A stretch of 64,000 nucleotides of DNA from an uncultured Gemmatimonadales bacterium (GCA_963739455.1 CAVUAK010000003.1:224001-288000), one strand, 5' to 3'. Shown: positions 33,747 through 43,423, counted from the stretch's first letter. The notes: a model not told the origin generated them from the letters alone. Numbers and translations: made by a program.

Positions 33747-34620
33747 CTAGGCGTACAGCGTGCCGGTGTTGAGCACCGGCTGGGCGGAGCGCTCGCCGCA
33801 GAGCACGACCAGCAGGTTGCTGACCATCGCGGCCTTCCGTTCCTCATCCAGCTGCACGACGCCCTTCTGCGACAGCAGTTCCAGCGCGTTCTCCACCATG
33901 CCGACCGCACCCTCGACGATCTTGTAGCGCGCGGCCACAATGGCGCTCGCCTGCTGGCGCTGGAGCATCGCCGAGGCGATCTCCGGTGCGTAGGCCAGGT
34001 GACTGATGCGTGACTCGGTGACCTCGACGCCCGCCTTGGCCAGGCGCTCGTGCAGCGCCTCGAGCAGGCCCTTCGATACCTCGGACGTGTGCGTGCTGAG
34101 CGCCACGGCGCTCAGCCTCGTGCGCATCGTAGGGATAGCTCGAGGCCAGGGCACGCAGCGCCGACTCACTCTGCATCCGGACGTATTCCTCGTAGTTGTC
34201 CACCTCGAACATCGCCTCGGCGGTCTCGACCACCTTCCACACCACGATCGCGGCGATCTCGATCGGGTTGGAATGCGCGTCGTTCACCTTGAGCTTGGCG
34301 GTCTCGAAGTTCCGGACTCGCAGCGAGATGTGGCGTCTTCACCGCGAAGGGGTTGGCGAACCAGAAGCCGGCCTCCTTCACGGTGCCGATGTACTTACCG
34401 AAGAGAGTCAGCACCCGGGCGTCGTTCGGGTTGACCACGAACAGGCCCGGCAGGCAGACGAAGGCCAGCGCCAGGAGCACGATCCAGGCTATTGCCCGCC
34501 GCGGAGCGCGCGTCCTGCACCGCTCCCAGCAGCCTCAAGCCGGCGAGGGCGGCCACGCACCAGAATGACCAGGAGGGCGACGAAGCCATTGGCGGCGCGG
34601 AGGGGGCGTTCACGGACCAT
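33747..34620 (-). CDS. SPFH/Band 7 domain membrane protein; several frameshifts
   Basis: Fragments [78 protein letters not shown]. Confidence 0.85.
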
Positions 34621-34637
34621 CGTAGACTCCAGCTAGG

Positions 34638-34676
34638 GTGATACCTATATGATATCACTCTGCTAGCTTAAGTCAA
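34638..34676 (-). promoter_or_regulatory. Sigma70-type promoter and palindromic operator of the SPFH-RHH operon
   Basis: Minus strand TTGACT-N16-TATCAT with extended TG, overlapped by GTGATA-N9-TATCAC. Confidence 0.65.
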
Positions 34677-34687
34677 GGAGGGCTCAG

Positions 34688-34781
34688 GAGCGGAGAAAAA
34701 GCGAAGAGCGGAGAAACAGAGCGGCAGCCCCGCCGCTGGTTCCTCCGCTCCTGTTTCCATCCGCTTCTGGTTCCGCTTCTG
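34688..34781. repeat. Head-to-head GAGCGGAG / CTCCGCTC short-repeat array
   Basis: Three to four GAGCGG(AG) units followed by three to four (C/T)TCCGCT units downstream of the PilW-like gene. Confidence 0.55.
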
Positions 34782-34797
34782 GTTGTTCCGCGGTTGC

Positions 34798-35778
34798 CTA
34801 CTGGTTCCGCTCGTACGCCAGGTTGCGGGGCGAGTAGCGCCACTCGAAGGTCCGCTGTGCCGCCGTGCCTGTGTTGCGGTCGCGACGTACGTTCTTGAGC
34901 GTCGCAGTGATCTTGACGCTCGCGAGGTCGCCGTAGTCGTTGGTCAGGTCGCCGTCGGTCGGGTCCGCCATCTTGGCGGAGTCACCGTCGGAAAAGAACA
35001 GCCAGACATCCCACGCCATGACGCTGTCGGCGAGGGCCTCGGCGATCGGCGCACCACCTGCGGTCAGGCCGGTGCTGCGCATGATCTGCTTCTGTGCGTT
35101 CCGGTAGTACATCACCGGGGTGATCTTCTGGAACGAGGTCTCGGCCGGCCGCAGCTGGAGGTTCAGCGCACTGGCGGGATCGCGCGCCCAGTCGGCCGGG
35201 TGCAGGAACAGCGTATCGCCCGCGGAGAAGGTGATCTGGTAGCGACCGCCGCCCATGTTCCGCTTGGCCGTGACGTTGAGCAACCGGCGCTCGCTGTCCA
35301 CGTTCATCTGGATCATGTTGCCGACGCCGAACTGCAGCGTATCTGTCGGCATCGCCGCAGCCACCTGGACGTCAACGCAATAGGTGCCGCAGCTCCCGAG
35401 GCCGGGCGTGGCCGGCGTGGCGGTGCCCGTGGGCATGCTGTACACCGGCGCCAGGCCCAGCCCGGCCGGGAACGGTGGCGACTGCAGCGAATCGTAGGGG
35501 ACGCTGATGATCACGAGCGTATCGCCCTTGGCCAGCAGGGTGCCGAATCGCGGCTGGCTGTGGATCGCCACGCCCGCCTGCGCCACGTCGCGCTCGAGCG
35601 ACGCACCGAGGAACCGACCGGTGCGAAAGACATCCTCGCGCAGGTTGGTGCCCTCGACACCGCGGAAGGTCGTGATGGTGAACGACATTGCCGCGCCCAT
35701 GACGATCACGCCCACCACCATCGCGATCATGATCTCGATCAGGGTCATGCCCCGACGACCAAGCGTGGAGAGTGTCAT
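34798..35778 (-). CDS. PilW-like type IV minor pilin
   Basis: Class III signal RRG|MTLIEIMIAMVVG. Confidence 0.8.
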   Translation of the reverse strand: MTLSTLGRRGMTLIEIMIAMVVGVIVMGAAMSFTITTFRGVEGTNLREDVFRTGRFLGASLERDVAQAGVAIHSQPRFGTLLAKGDTLVIISVPYDSLQSPPFPAGLGLAPVYSMPTGTATPATPGLGSCGTYCVDVQVAAAMPTDTLQFGVGNMIQMNVDSERRLLNVTAKRNMGGGRYQITFSAGDTLFLHPADWARDPASALNLQLRPAETSFQKITPVMYYRNAQKQIMRSTGLTAGGAPIAEALADSVMAWDVWLFFSDGDSAKMADPTDGDLTNDYGDLASVKITATLKNVRRDRNTGTAAQRTFEWRYSPRNLAYERNQ

Positions 35779-35780
35779 GA

Positions 35781-36167
35781 TCAGGTCACCGCGCCGGTGT
35801 ACACGTAGGTGATGAGCTCGACCGGGGAAGTCCCGTCGGGATACGCGACACGCACCGTCACGCTCACCAGGTTCGCCCGCACGTCAGTGACGAGGACGGT
35901 GCGGCGGTACTTCCCGCCATTGACGACCGTGCCCGTTTCATTCACGTCCGTGCCGCTCGCCTCGGCGAAATCGGCCATGTCCTGCGGCCGCTGGCCGCGG
36001 AGGAACTCCATCCGCTGCCGCGCGATGTCGAGCGCGACGGTCCGCAGCCCCGCGCGCGTGTTTGCCTGCATGGCACCGGTCAAGGTCTTCGACAGTGCCA
36101 GGACGCCGACCGCCATGATCACGACTGCGATCATTACCGAGATCAGCGTGAAGCCGCGCTTGTTCAT
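35781..36167 (-). CDS. PilV-like type IV minor pilin
   Basis: KRG|FTLISVMIAVVIMAVGVLAL...VALDIARQRME; ATGA overlap with the upstream gene. Confidence 0.8.
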   Translation of the reverse strand: MNKRGFTLISVMIAVVIMAVGVLALSKTLTGAMQANTRAGLRTVALDIARQRMEFLRGQRPQDMADFAEASGTDVNETGTVVNGGKYRRTVLVTDVRANLVSVTVRVAYPDGTSPVELITYVYTGAVT

Positions 36168-36737
36168 TGCCATGTGCCCCCCCTGTAGATCCACACCCGC
36201 ACCGAACCGGCGCCGGTGACCGTGACGGCGGCAACCACCGACGGATCGTCGCGGTGCCTGAGGTAGATGATGCCCTGCGTGCCAAAGGGCAGCGTCATGC
36301 CGTTGCCCTTGAAGTTGAGGCGGCTGCCGGTGAACGAGGTCGGGTCGCCAGCCGGCCAGCCGGCCAGGGCGGTGGCCGACCCACGTCCGAGCAGCACCTG
36401 CGGGTCCAGCGTACGCTGGCCGAAGCCGCGCATCGAATCCGCCTCGGCGGTGAGCTCACTGATTACGCGCGTCGCCCTCGACGTCGCGATAGCCGATCCA
36501 CGCCGACGTGCCGACGAGCTTGAGCCGCGTCGCGCGCTTGCTGACCAGGGCGCGCGAACGCACCAGGTCGATGTCACGTGCCAGCTGCCTCGCCGACTCC
36601 TGCACCATCCGTCGCGGAGATGCCCGGAGGCGTGGAACCACCATTGCCGCCATGATGCCGATCATCACGATGACGATGAGCAACTCCATCATCGTCATGC
36701 CGCGCCGGTTTACCCGGCCCCACAGCGCGGCGATCAC
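36164..36737 (-). CDS. FimT/FimU-like minor pilin; frameshift near 36465
   Basis: RRG|MTMMELLIVIVMIGIMAAMVVP; C-terminal LNFKGNG...AVTVTGAGSVRVW lies in a second frame. Confidence 0.78.
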
Positions 36738-38602
36738 TCGTACACCGGGCGATACGCCGTCTGCACCACGCTGCCGACCACCGGGGTGCCCGGGGGAAGG
36801 TTGGCGGGGTCCTGGAACCGGGTGTCGAAGGCCCAGTTTCGGGTGGGCGCCGCGTAGTACGCGCCGGACCAGCCGCAGAAGTTTGTTGCCTTCTGGGCGT
36901 ACGCGATCGACACCAGCGAGCCGCGGTAGAACGCGGTGACGCCGCCCCAGTCCTCGAGGAACCGGGGGAAGTTCTCGAGCCCGCCGCCGTAGAAGTAGGC
37001 CTGCGAGCCGGTGCCGGTGAAGTTGCAGCCGGCCGGCACCGCTCCAGGAGCGACCCAGTCGAATGGCGTCGCGCCGTGGCCCGCCAGGATTGCGGCGTAG
37101 ATCGTGGTGTTCGCCGTTGCCGCTGACGCCGCGTACGTCCAGCGCGTCACGCCGCCGGTCACCGTACCGGCGCCGGCCGGGCGGTTGAGCCGCGTGGCAT
37201 CATCCCAGCCTGGCGAGAGCCAGGTGAAGGCATCTCCGATGAGCGCGGAGGGCTGCCAGTTGGCGGTCGAGTTGTAGTTGCCCTTCACGTAGAGCGGCAG
37301 GTTGCTGGCCAGCGTGAAGGGACGCCCCAGGACGCTGGCGTTCTTGATGCGGATCATGGGAAACGCCCGGAACTGGCAGGCGGTCGGGCAGCGCGTCCCG
37401 TTCGGGTAGGTCTCCAGCGTCGTTGGAACGTTGCTCACGGTGATGTACATGATGGACGACTGGTTCGACGTGGCAAGCGCCATCCACGCGAACAGCTGCG
37501 CATAGTCGATCTCGATCTGGTCGACGAACGTCTGCTCCCGGCTCTCCCACCACTTGTTGCTGTCCGCGGTGAAGATCAGCTGGCACTGTGCTGCGGTCGG
37601 CACCGTGCGCCCGCCCGTGCGGATATACGTGATCGGATAGGCGCCCGTGCACAGGTTGGTGGTGTTGGTGATCGCCCGGTAGTCGATGTTGACGTACAAG
37701 TCGGCCTTCCACGCGAACTTGGCGTCACGCTCGTCGGGCGTGTCCGCCCCGTCGCGGTCGGCGATCAGTTCTTCGGGCGGCACCGCTTCCGGCAAGGGCA
37801 GCCGAAGCGAGTCCACGTTATACGCCCCGGTCTTGAGCCGTCCGCTGAAGCGGGTCTCGCTCCAGTTCTTGAAGGCCGACGAGGAGGGCAGGCCGTCGGA
37901 GTCGTTGTTGACCTGGCGGGCCGTGCCGCCGGCATCGTCGATGAACACCTGGTCGGTGCTCGCTGGATTCGCTCCATCCTTGCGGCGGAAACGGAACTTG
38001 TTCGGCGTCGTGACGATGTTGTGCAGGTAGAGCCCACCACCCGATCGGGCGTACAGGTTGCCGTTGGTGTGCACCCAGCCCTGCATGTCGAGCCGCGCGC
38101 CGTTCGTGATCTCGAGGTCCTTCTCGTAGAACACGCCGAACTGGAAGATCGGGATCGCCGCCGCCTTCACCGTCACGACGGCGCGGCTCGCGTTGCCCAT
38201 GCTGTCGGAAGCGCGGGTGGTGATGTCGTAGTTGCGTACCAGCGCGTACAGCCCGGAATACGAACCGCCGTTCACCGTCTCCTGCGTGGCCCCGCCGTTG
38301 GGAAGCACTGTCATGGTCGGGATGGAGAATCCCGGCACTGTCGGCCGCACCAGCGAGTCGAGCTCGGCCTGCGAGATGAACCCGTCGGCCACCTTGCCCG
38401 AGAGCTGCTGCATGATGTCGTCGGACGCGGCCTCGGCCGCGTACGCCGTGCGAGTATTTCGATAGTCGTAGTTGGCCGTTCGGGTCGTCGTGGTCACGCC
38501 GCTGACGGCGAACACACAGAGGACCGCGAGCAGCAGCAGGACGAACAGCGTCGCTTCGAGCGCGAAGCCCTGCCGATTGAAAAGCATCTTGGGTCGAGAC
38601 AT
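36734..38602 (-). CDS. Large PilX-like pilin with extended C-terminal domain (622 aa)
   Basis: RQG|FALEATLFVLLLLAVL..., AYAAEAA, GWVHTNGNLY, GGLENFPRFLEDW, YYAAPTRNWAFD, NLPPGTP; GAGGAGG RBS. Confidence 0.75.
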   Translation of the reverse strand: MSRPKMLFNRQGFALEATLFVLLLLAVLCVFAVSGVTTTTRTANYDYRNTRTAYAAEAASDDIMQQLSGKVADGFISQAELDSLVRPTVPGFSIPTMTVLPNGGATQETVNGGSYSGLYALVRNYDITTRASDSMGNASRAVVTVKAAAIPIFQFGVFYEKDLEITNGARLDMQGWVHTNGNLYARSGGGLYLHNIVTTPNKFRFRRKDGANPASTDQVFIDDAGGTARQVNNDSDGLPSSSAFKNWSETRFSGRLKTGAYNVDSLRLPLPEAVPPEELIADRDGADTPDERDAKFAWKADLYVNIDYRAITNTTNLCTGAYPITYIRTGGRTVPTAAQCQLIFTADSNKWWESREQTFVDQIEIDYAQLFAWMALATSNQSSIMYITVSNVPTTLETYPNGTRCPTACQFRAFPMIRIKNASVLGRPFTLASNLPLYVKGNYNSTANWQPSALIGDAFTWLSPGWDDATRLNRPAGAGTVTGGVTRWTYAASAATANTTIYAAILAGHGATPFDWVAPGAVPAGCNFTGTGSQAYFYGGGLENFPRFLEDWGGVTAFYRGSLVSIAYAQKATNFCGWSGAYYAAPTRNWAFDTRFQDPANLPPGTPVVGSVVQTAYRPVYE

Positions 38603-38654
38603 CCGTTCCTCCTCGGGATAGCACGCCGAGCGCGTGCCTTCAGGCTCCTTACTG

Positions 38655-38782
38655 GCAAGAGGGGCGCCAGCCATGTTGGGTGTGGGTTTGGCTATGAATG
38701 ACAACGACTTAGCTATTTCAGCTCACGTCCGAAAGTGGCAAATCGTGCAACATTGCGCGTGCAGTGTATGCAATCTGTTGCG
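38655..38782 (-). promoter_or_regulatory. Putative sigma54 (-24/-12) promoter with IHF-like site and upstream enhancer repeats for the pilin operon
   Basis: Minus strand TGGCGC-CCCTC-TTGC (38669-38655); TGACAACGACTTA (38699-38711) matches the CAA-N4-TTR part of the IHF consensus; GCAA..TTGC dyads at 38745-38758 and 38768-38782. Confidence 0.6.
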
Positions 38783-39037
38783 TCAGGCGGTTATCCGACG
38801 CCTGGTTTCCCTGTCCAGCTTGCCTCGCAACTTCCACCACATCATTGCGATAGGCATACCACGCGCCATAGCTCTTCTTAGCAGGTGGAGCCCGTCAGTT
38901 TTCGTGACGACGTACGCTAGTGGCGTGTCTGACACGACTTGGGCCATGAGTGCCTGATTTCGGTGCCTTGCTGGCCTGTCGATTGCCTTTTCGGCCCCCC
39001 TCAGACCGCGCCAGTGGCGCTGAACCGGGGAGGTCGG

Positions 39038-39682
39038 ATGCGTTGGTCTACCAGTGGTTTTGCCCTGTTCGCCGCGCTGGCGATTCCGGCATCGATGACG
39101 GCGCAGGCAGCCGCAAAGGCGCCGGCCGAGGCGCCGCCGATCACCGCGAAGGCGCCCAAGCTCTTTGCCGGGGTCGGCATCGGGCAGGGTTCGTTCCGGT
39201 TCTCCTGCCCGGCGATCTGCACCGGCGATCGCTACTGGGGATGGAGTGGCAACGCCCGGGTGGGTGTCTCCTTTGGCAAGCTGTGGTTGATGGGACTCGA
39301 GGGAACGGGCTGGACCGATTCGCGGGATCCGGAGAACCAGCAGCCGATCAAGCAGACAATGTGGCTGGTGGGTCCGGTTGCCTACTTCTATCCCACGCCG
39401 AAGCAGCGGTTGTACCTCAAGCTCAGCCTCGGTGTGATGCACTACCAGCAGCACAATCCCGATGACGCCGACAACGAGAACGACCAGTTCTCATCTACCA
39501 CGTTCGGCGCCTCAGCCGGCGTGGGCTATGACTTCAAGGTTTCCCGGCACGTGTTCATCTCGCCGTTCTTCGCCTTCGTCGGCTCCGCCGGCGGCGACGT
39601 GACCCAGGGCAACGGCAACACCGTCACCACCGATCCCAATTTCAGCCTGCTTCAGTTCGGGGTGAGCCTGCTGTACCGGTAG
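39038..39682 (+). CDS. Small outer-membrane beta-barrel protein
   Basis: Signal peptide, alternating hydrophobic strands (GASAGVGYDFKV, FISPFF, LLQFGVSLLYR), CxxxC loop. Confidence 0.78.
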   Translation: MRWSTSGFALFAALAIPASMTAQAAAKAPAEAPPITAKAPKLFAGVGIGQGSFRFSCPAICTGDRYWGWSGNARVGVSFGKLWLMGLEGTGWTDSRDPENQQPIKQTMWLVGPVAYFYPTPKQRLYLKLSLGVMHYQQHNPDDADNENDQFSSTTFGASAGVGYDFKVSRHVFISPFFAFVGSAGGDVTQGNGNTVTTDPNFSLLQFGVSLLYR

Positions 39683-39749
39683 TCAAGCGTTCTGCCAGCA
39701 CCTGCCGTTCCTGCAATGCAGCGTGCTGCATGGAGTTGCCCCGGCGCGA

Positions 39750-39765
39750 TGTGACCTGCGTCGCA
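39750..39765. promoter_or_regulatory. CRP/FNR-family box upstream of the His-rich lipoprotein
   Basis: TGTGA-CCTGCG-TCGCA, one mismatch to TGTGA-N6-TCACA. Confidence 0.4.
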
Positions 39766-39908
39766 CAGGGCGTCCGCGGGGTTGGCAGGGCGGCACTTAG
39801 GGCAGGTGCAAGAGGTGTGATTCCGCGCGTGCCTTCGCGGCCCCGGTCTCGCACCTCGACTCCAATCGAACTTTCCTGACATCACGGTTTTTCTGCAGGA
39901 GTAGACCG

Positions 39909-41171
39909 ATGCGCATGCACCTTTCTGCGCTCACGGCGGCGCGTTCCATTGCGGTAGCCTGGGCCACCAGCTCGACAATCGTGCTCGCTGCCTGCGGCAG
40001 CGGCGAAACCAGCGGCATCGACCCCGCGAACGCACCGCGCAGCATTGCGATGAATGCGTGGACCCCGGGACCGAATGACACCTGCACGAAGGAGATTCAC
40101 GACCAGTACTCGGTCGTGGGTCCCGACGGGAAGCTGTATCCCACCTGGCACCCGGCGGTGGACCCGGCGACCGGCTGTTCCTTCGGTCACGACCACGGCC
40201 GGGATCCCCGTGGATCGGACCTGTACGACGAGAGCGGGCCGATTCCGTTCGGGTACGCCAACGAGCAGCTGGCCGCCTTCGACCCCGCCAACCCGCGCAA
40301 CGAGGATCATGTCGGGCACAAGGTCGAATGGGCAAACGACATCGTGATGAGTGCCGGTGGCGGGCAGTTCCAGATCACCTGTGATGTGCTCACCAAGCTG
40401 CACCAGGGCACGCACTCGAAGGATGCGTTCACCAACAACCTGCATGAGCTGGTGTACCACCTGAGCTGCGGTGATGGCACCAAGTTCCATGTGGTGCTGA
40501 TGACGGCCATCGGCAAGCCGGGTGAGTTCCGTCGCTCCTGCGACCATGGCACGGCGATCCAGGCGGGAACGGCCACGCCGGCCAACTCGCCCGAGGGCGG
40601 TGGCTTCCGCGCCATTCCGGACCGCTTCTGTGTCGAGCAGCAGGTGCTCGTTCCCAACGGCCAGAACTCGAACTTCGGCGCGCTGAACGAGACCTGGGAA
40701 ACGTCCAACAGCATCCGTCGCGCGGATGGCCATACGCTGGCGTTCTTCAACCCGTACTACCAGGTGCGCCAGGCGAGCCGCTACTACAATCCGGCGATCG
40801 CGCCCACGGTTGGGCGGCAGATCGACATCTGCTACGAGACGGAGGCGAACGGCGATCGCGCATCAGGCGACTACTGCCAGGCCTCCACGCAGAATGGCCA
40901 GACCACGGGCGTGACATGGGATGACCCGCGCTCCACGTTCGACGGCGCCAAGCGCATTGTCGACGTCAATAACAACCGGATCGACAACGCCGACGGCCCG
41001 GAGGTCTGGTACACCGACCCGTTCGGGCGAAACGGCCGGCCGGAGCCGTTCACCGGCTCAGTGAAGCAGTGGGTCGCGAAGGCGACGAACGAGGTGGGCG
41101 TCGACGTGAACGGCCCGGTCATCGGCAACGGCAGCTATTACGGCGGCAGCGGGGTCCACGCCCCGAACTGA
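39909..41171 (+). CDS. Secreted His/Cys-rich lipoprotein of unknown function
   Basis: AGGAG RBS, lipobox LAAC, motifs YPTWHP, CSFGHDHG, EDHVGHK, KLHQGTHS, NNLHEL; strong GC3 bias. Confidence 0.85.
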   Translation: MRMHLSALTAARSIAVAWATSSTIVLAACGSGETSGIDPANAPRSIAMNAWTPGPNDTCTKEIHDQYSVVGPDGKLYPTWHPAVDPATGCSFGHDHGRDPRGSDLYDESGPIPFGYANEQLAAFDPANPRNEDHVGHKVEWANDIVMSAGGGQFQITCDVLTKLHQGTHSKDAFTNNLHELVYHLSCGDGTKFHVVLMTAIGKPGEFRRSCDHGTAIQAGTATPANSPEGGGFRAIPDRFCVEQQVLVPNGQNSNFGALNETWETSNSIRRADGHTLAFFNPYYQVRQASRYYNPAIAPTVGRQIDICYETEANGDRASGDYCQASTQNGQTTGVTWDDPRSTFDGAKRIVDVNNNRIDNADGPEVWYTDPFGRNGRPEPFTGSVKQWVAKATNEVGVDVNGPVIGNGSYYGGSGVHAPN

Positions 41172-41182
41172 CCACGAAGTGG

Positions 41183-41261
41183 GTCATCCCGAGCGCAGCG
41201 AGGGATCCAGGCGCAGGCGGGCGGAGGGGGGCGGACAGCCTCCCTCCGCCCGTCTGCGTCT
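41183..41261. repeat. REP-like element followed by a 24-bp imperfect hairpin
   Basis: GTCATCCCGAGCGCAGCGAGGGATC (41183-41207), then AGGCGCAGGCGGGCGGAGGGGGGC-GGACA-GCCTCCCTCCGCCCGTCTGCGTCT. Confidence 0.6.
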
Positions 41262-41299
41262 CTGGAACTGGTCTTGCTCCGGGGTATCTTCCAAGCTCC

Positions 41300-43423
41300 A
41301 TGAGCATCTCGCCCGCGTCCCCGGACGGACAGGTCCTTTCCCGCGAACTGTCCGAATTCCTCCTGGATTTCCTGGGGGCGCAGCAGCGGTTTGCCATGTA
41401 CCCCATCGGGCACCCCCTGCTGGATCCCGCTGTCGACTCCCTGATCCGCCGGCTGAACACCCTGTTCCTGGAGCGAGCGAGCATTTCGCTCGCCGTCACC
41501 CCAATGCAGCTGGTGGTCGCCGGCGTACCGACTGATCCCGAGCACACGGTGCTCCGCGAACTCGCCGGCAAGCTGCACCGGCGCAATGTCGGCGGGATCA
41601 AGATCTTCCGCGGGGTGGGCCGCACCGAGCTTGCGAGCTTCCTGGGAGTCATCGGTACCGACGCGAACGATGCGCAGCAGCTCGTCACGCATGACGAGCC
41701 ATCGGCGCAGTGGCCACATATCCGGCTCTTCGGGCTGGCGTACGACAAGCTGGCGCTGCTGGATGAGGAGGACGAGGAGACCGCACTCTTCGATCCCCTC
41801 GGTGGAAGCTGGGCCGGCCGCCTGTGGCTGGGACTGGCGCGCGCCTCCATGGGCGAACACCTGTCCGACGAGGTCGCCGCCAAGGTCGATCCCGAGCAGA
41901 TCGCCAAGGCGATCAACGAGCACCAGCGCGAGGCACAGCGTGACGAGCGGGTCATCACCGCGCTCACCGACCTCGCCGAGGCGTGCCAGGGGCGCGGCCG
42001 CGCCGAGACGGTGGCGCTGCAGCGCCAGCTGTCGCGGCTCATCGGCTCACTGACCCCGGAGACGCTCGAGCGCCTGATGCACATGGGCGGCGACCACGAT
42101 CGCCGCCGGAAGTGGCTGTTCCAGGCCTCGAAGATCATGACCGCAGACGTGATCGTGTCGCTGGTCGAGGCGGCGGCCCATGCGCAGCAGCGCAGCGTCT
42201 CGCCCGCGATGCTCCAGCTCCTCAGCAAGCTCTCGAATCACGTGGACCAGGGACCGCCGAAAACGCGACTGCGCGCGGAGCAGGCGCTGCGGAAGCGCAT
42301 CCGCGCGATGATCAGCCGGTGGAGCCTCTCCGACCTTCCGTACGGCTCGCCGGGCTACGACAAGATGCTGGAGTCGCTGCCAGGTGGAGCCGCGGACTTC
42401 GAACCGGTGCTGGTGTACGGCCCGGAACCGCAGCGCGTCATCATGACCTGCCTCGAACTCGGCGTCGTGCAGGCCGGCACCAGGCGCGCGGTCGACCGCA
42501 TGGTCGAGAACCGGGAGACGGGACTATTGCTGGACATGCTCGAGCGGGTGCCCGCCGACCGGCCCGCCGTCTCCGAGTTGCGCAGCTGGGTGTTGAGCAA
42601 GAGCACCGTGAGCCGGGTGCTCGCCATCGAGCCGGTCGACACCGACACCCTGGCGCGACTGGTGAAGGGAGTCGGCATCGAATCGCTCGGCACGCTGCTC
42701 GACGCGCTTTCAACCGCGAAGGAGCGGAAGGTGCGCGCGCGCCTGATCGACATCGTCACGCACCTCGGTCCTTCGATCGGGCCGGAGGTGGTGGCGCGCA
42801 TTTCGGGCGCGCCCTGGTTCGTGCAGCGGAACCTGCTCCGGCTCCTTGGCATGCTGCCCGAGCTGCCGGATGGCTTCAACCTCGCGTCCCACGTGAAGCA
42901 CAACGATCCGCGGGTGCGGCACGAGGCACTGCGAATCATGCTGCGCGACCGGGTGCGCCGGCCGGAAGCACTCAAGCGCGCGCTGGAAGCGCCGGATCCA
43001 CCGACGGTGCGACTGGGAATCATGGCGGCCGCCGAGGGATGCCCATCCAACATTGCGCCGATGCTGCTGCAGCGGATCCACTCGGGCGGCCTCGACCCGC
43101 AGTTGAGGGCCGTTGCCATTCGTGCGGTCTCCTCGGTCGACAACCCCAACGTGATCGCCTGCCTGCTCGGGCTCACGCAGGTGAAGGGCACGCTCGGCTT
43201 GGGCCGGAAGCTGGCGCCCAAGAGCCCCGAGCTCCTCTCGGCACTGCAGGGGCTGGCGGCCCACTGGCCGTACCAGGTCGAGGCGGCCAAGGTCCTCGAC
43301 CTCGCGCAGAAGAGCAGGGATCACGGAAATCCGGAAGGCGGGGACGCCGCCATCGCGCCGGGCCGATCCGGACGCTCCGCCGCCGCCCACGGCACCGCGG
43401 GTCATCATATGAGCGACGCATGA
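41300..43423 (+). CDS. HEAT-repeat protein (C-terminus probably frameshifted near 43325)
   Basis: N-terminal MYPIGHP motif and helical repeats APWFVQRNLLRLLG, HNDPRVRHEALR, PDPPTVRLG. Confidence 0.8.
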   Translation: MSISPASPDGQVLSRELSEFLLDFLGAQQRFAMYPIGHPLLDPAVDSLIRRLNTLFLERASISLAVTPMQLVVAGVPTDPEHTVLRELAGKLHRRNVGGIKIFRGVGRTELASFLGVIGTDANDAQQLVTHDEPSAQWPHIRLFGLAYDKLALLDEEDEETALFDPLGGSWAGRLWLGLARASMGEHLSDEVAAKVDPEQIAKAINEHQREAQRDERVITALTDLAEACQGRGRAETVALQRQLSRLIGSLTPETLERLMHMGGDHDRRRKWLFQASKIMTADVIVSLVEAAAHAQQRSVSPAMLQLLSKLSNHVDQGPPKTRLRAEQALRKRIRAMISRWSLSDLPYGSPGYDKMLESLPGGAADFEPVLVYGPEPQRVIMTCLELGVVQAGTRRAVDRMVENRETGLLLDMLERVPADRPAVSELRSWVLSKSTVSRVLAIEPVDTDTLARLVKGVGIESLGTLLDALSTAKERKVRARLIDIVTHLGPSIGPEVVARISGAPWFVQRNLLRLLGMLPELPDGFNLASHVKHNDPRVRHEALRIMLRDRVRRPEALKRALEAPDPPTVRLGIMAAAEGCPSNIAPMLLQRIHSGGLDPQLRAVAIRAVSSVDNPNVIACLLGLTQVKGTLGLGRKLAPKSPELLSALQGLAAHWPYQVEAAKVLDLAQKSRDHGNPEGGDAAIAPGRSGRSAAAHGTAGHHMSDA

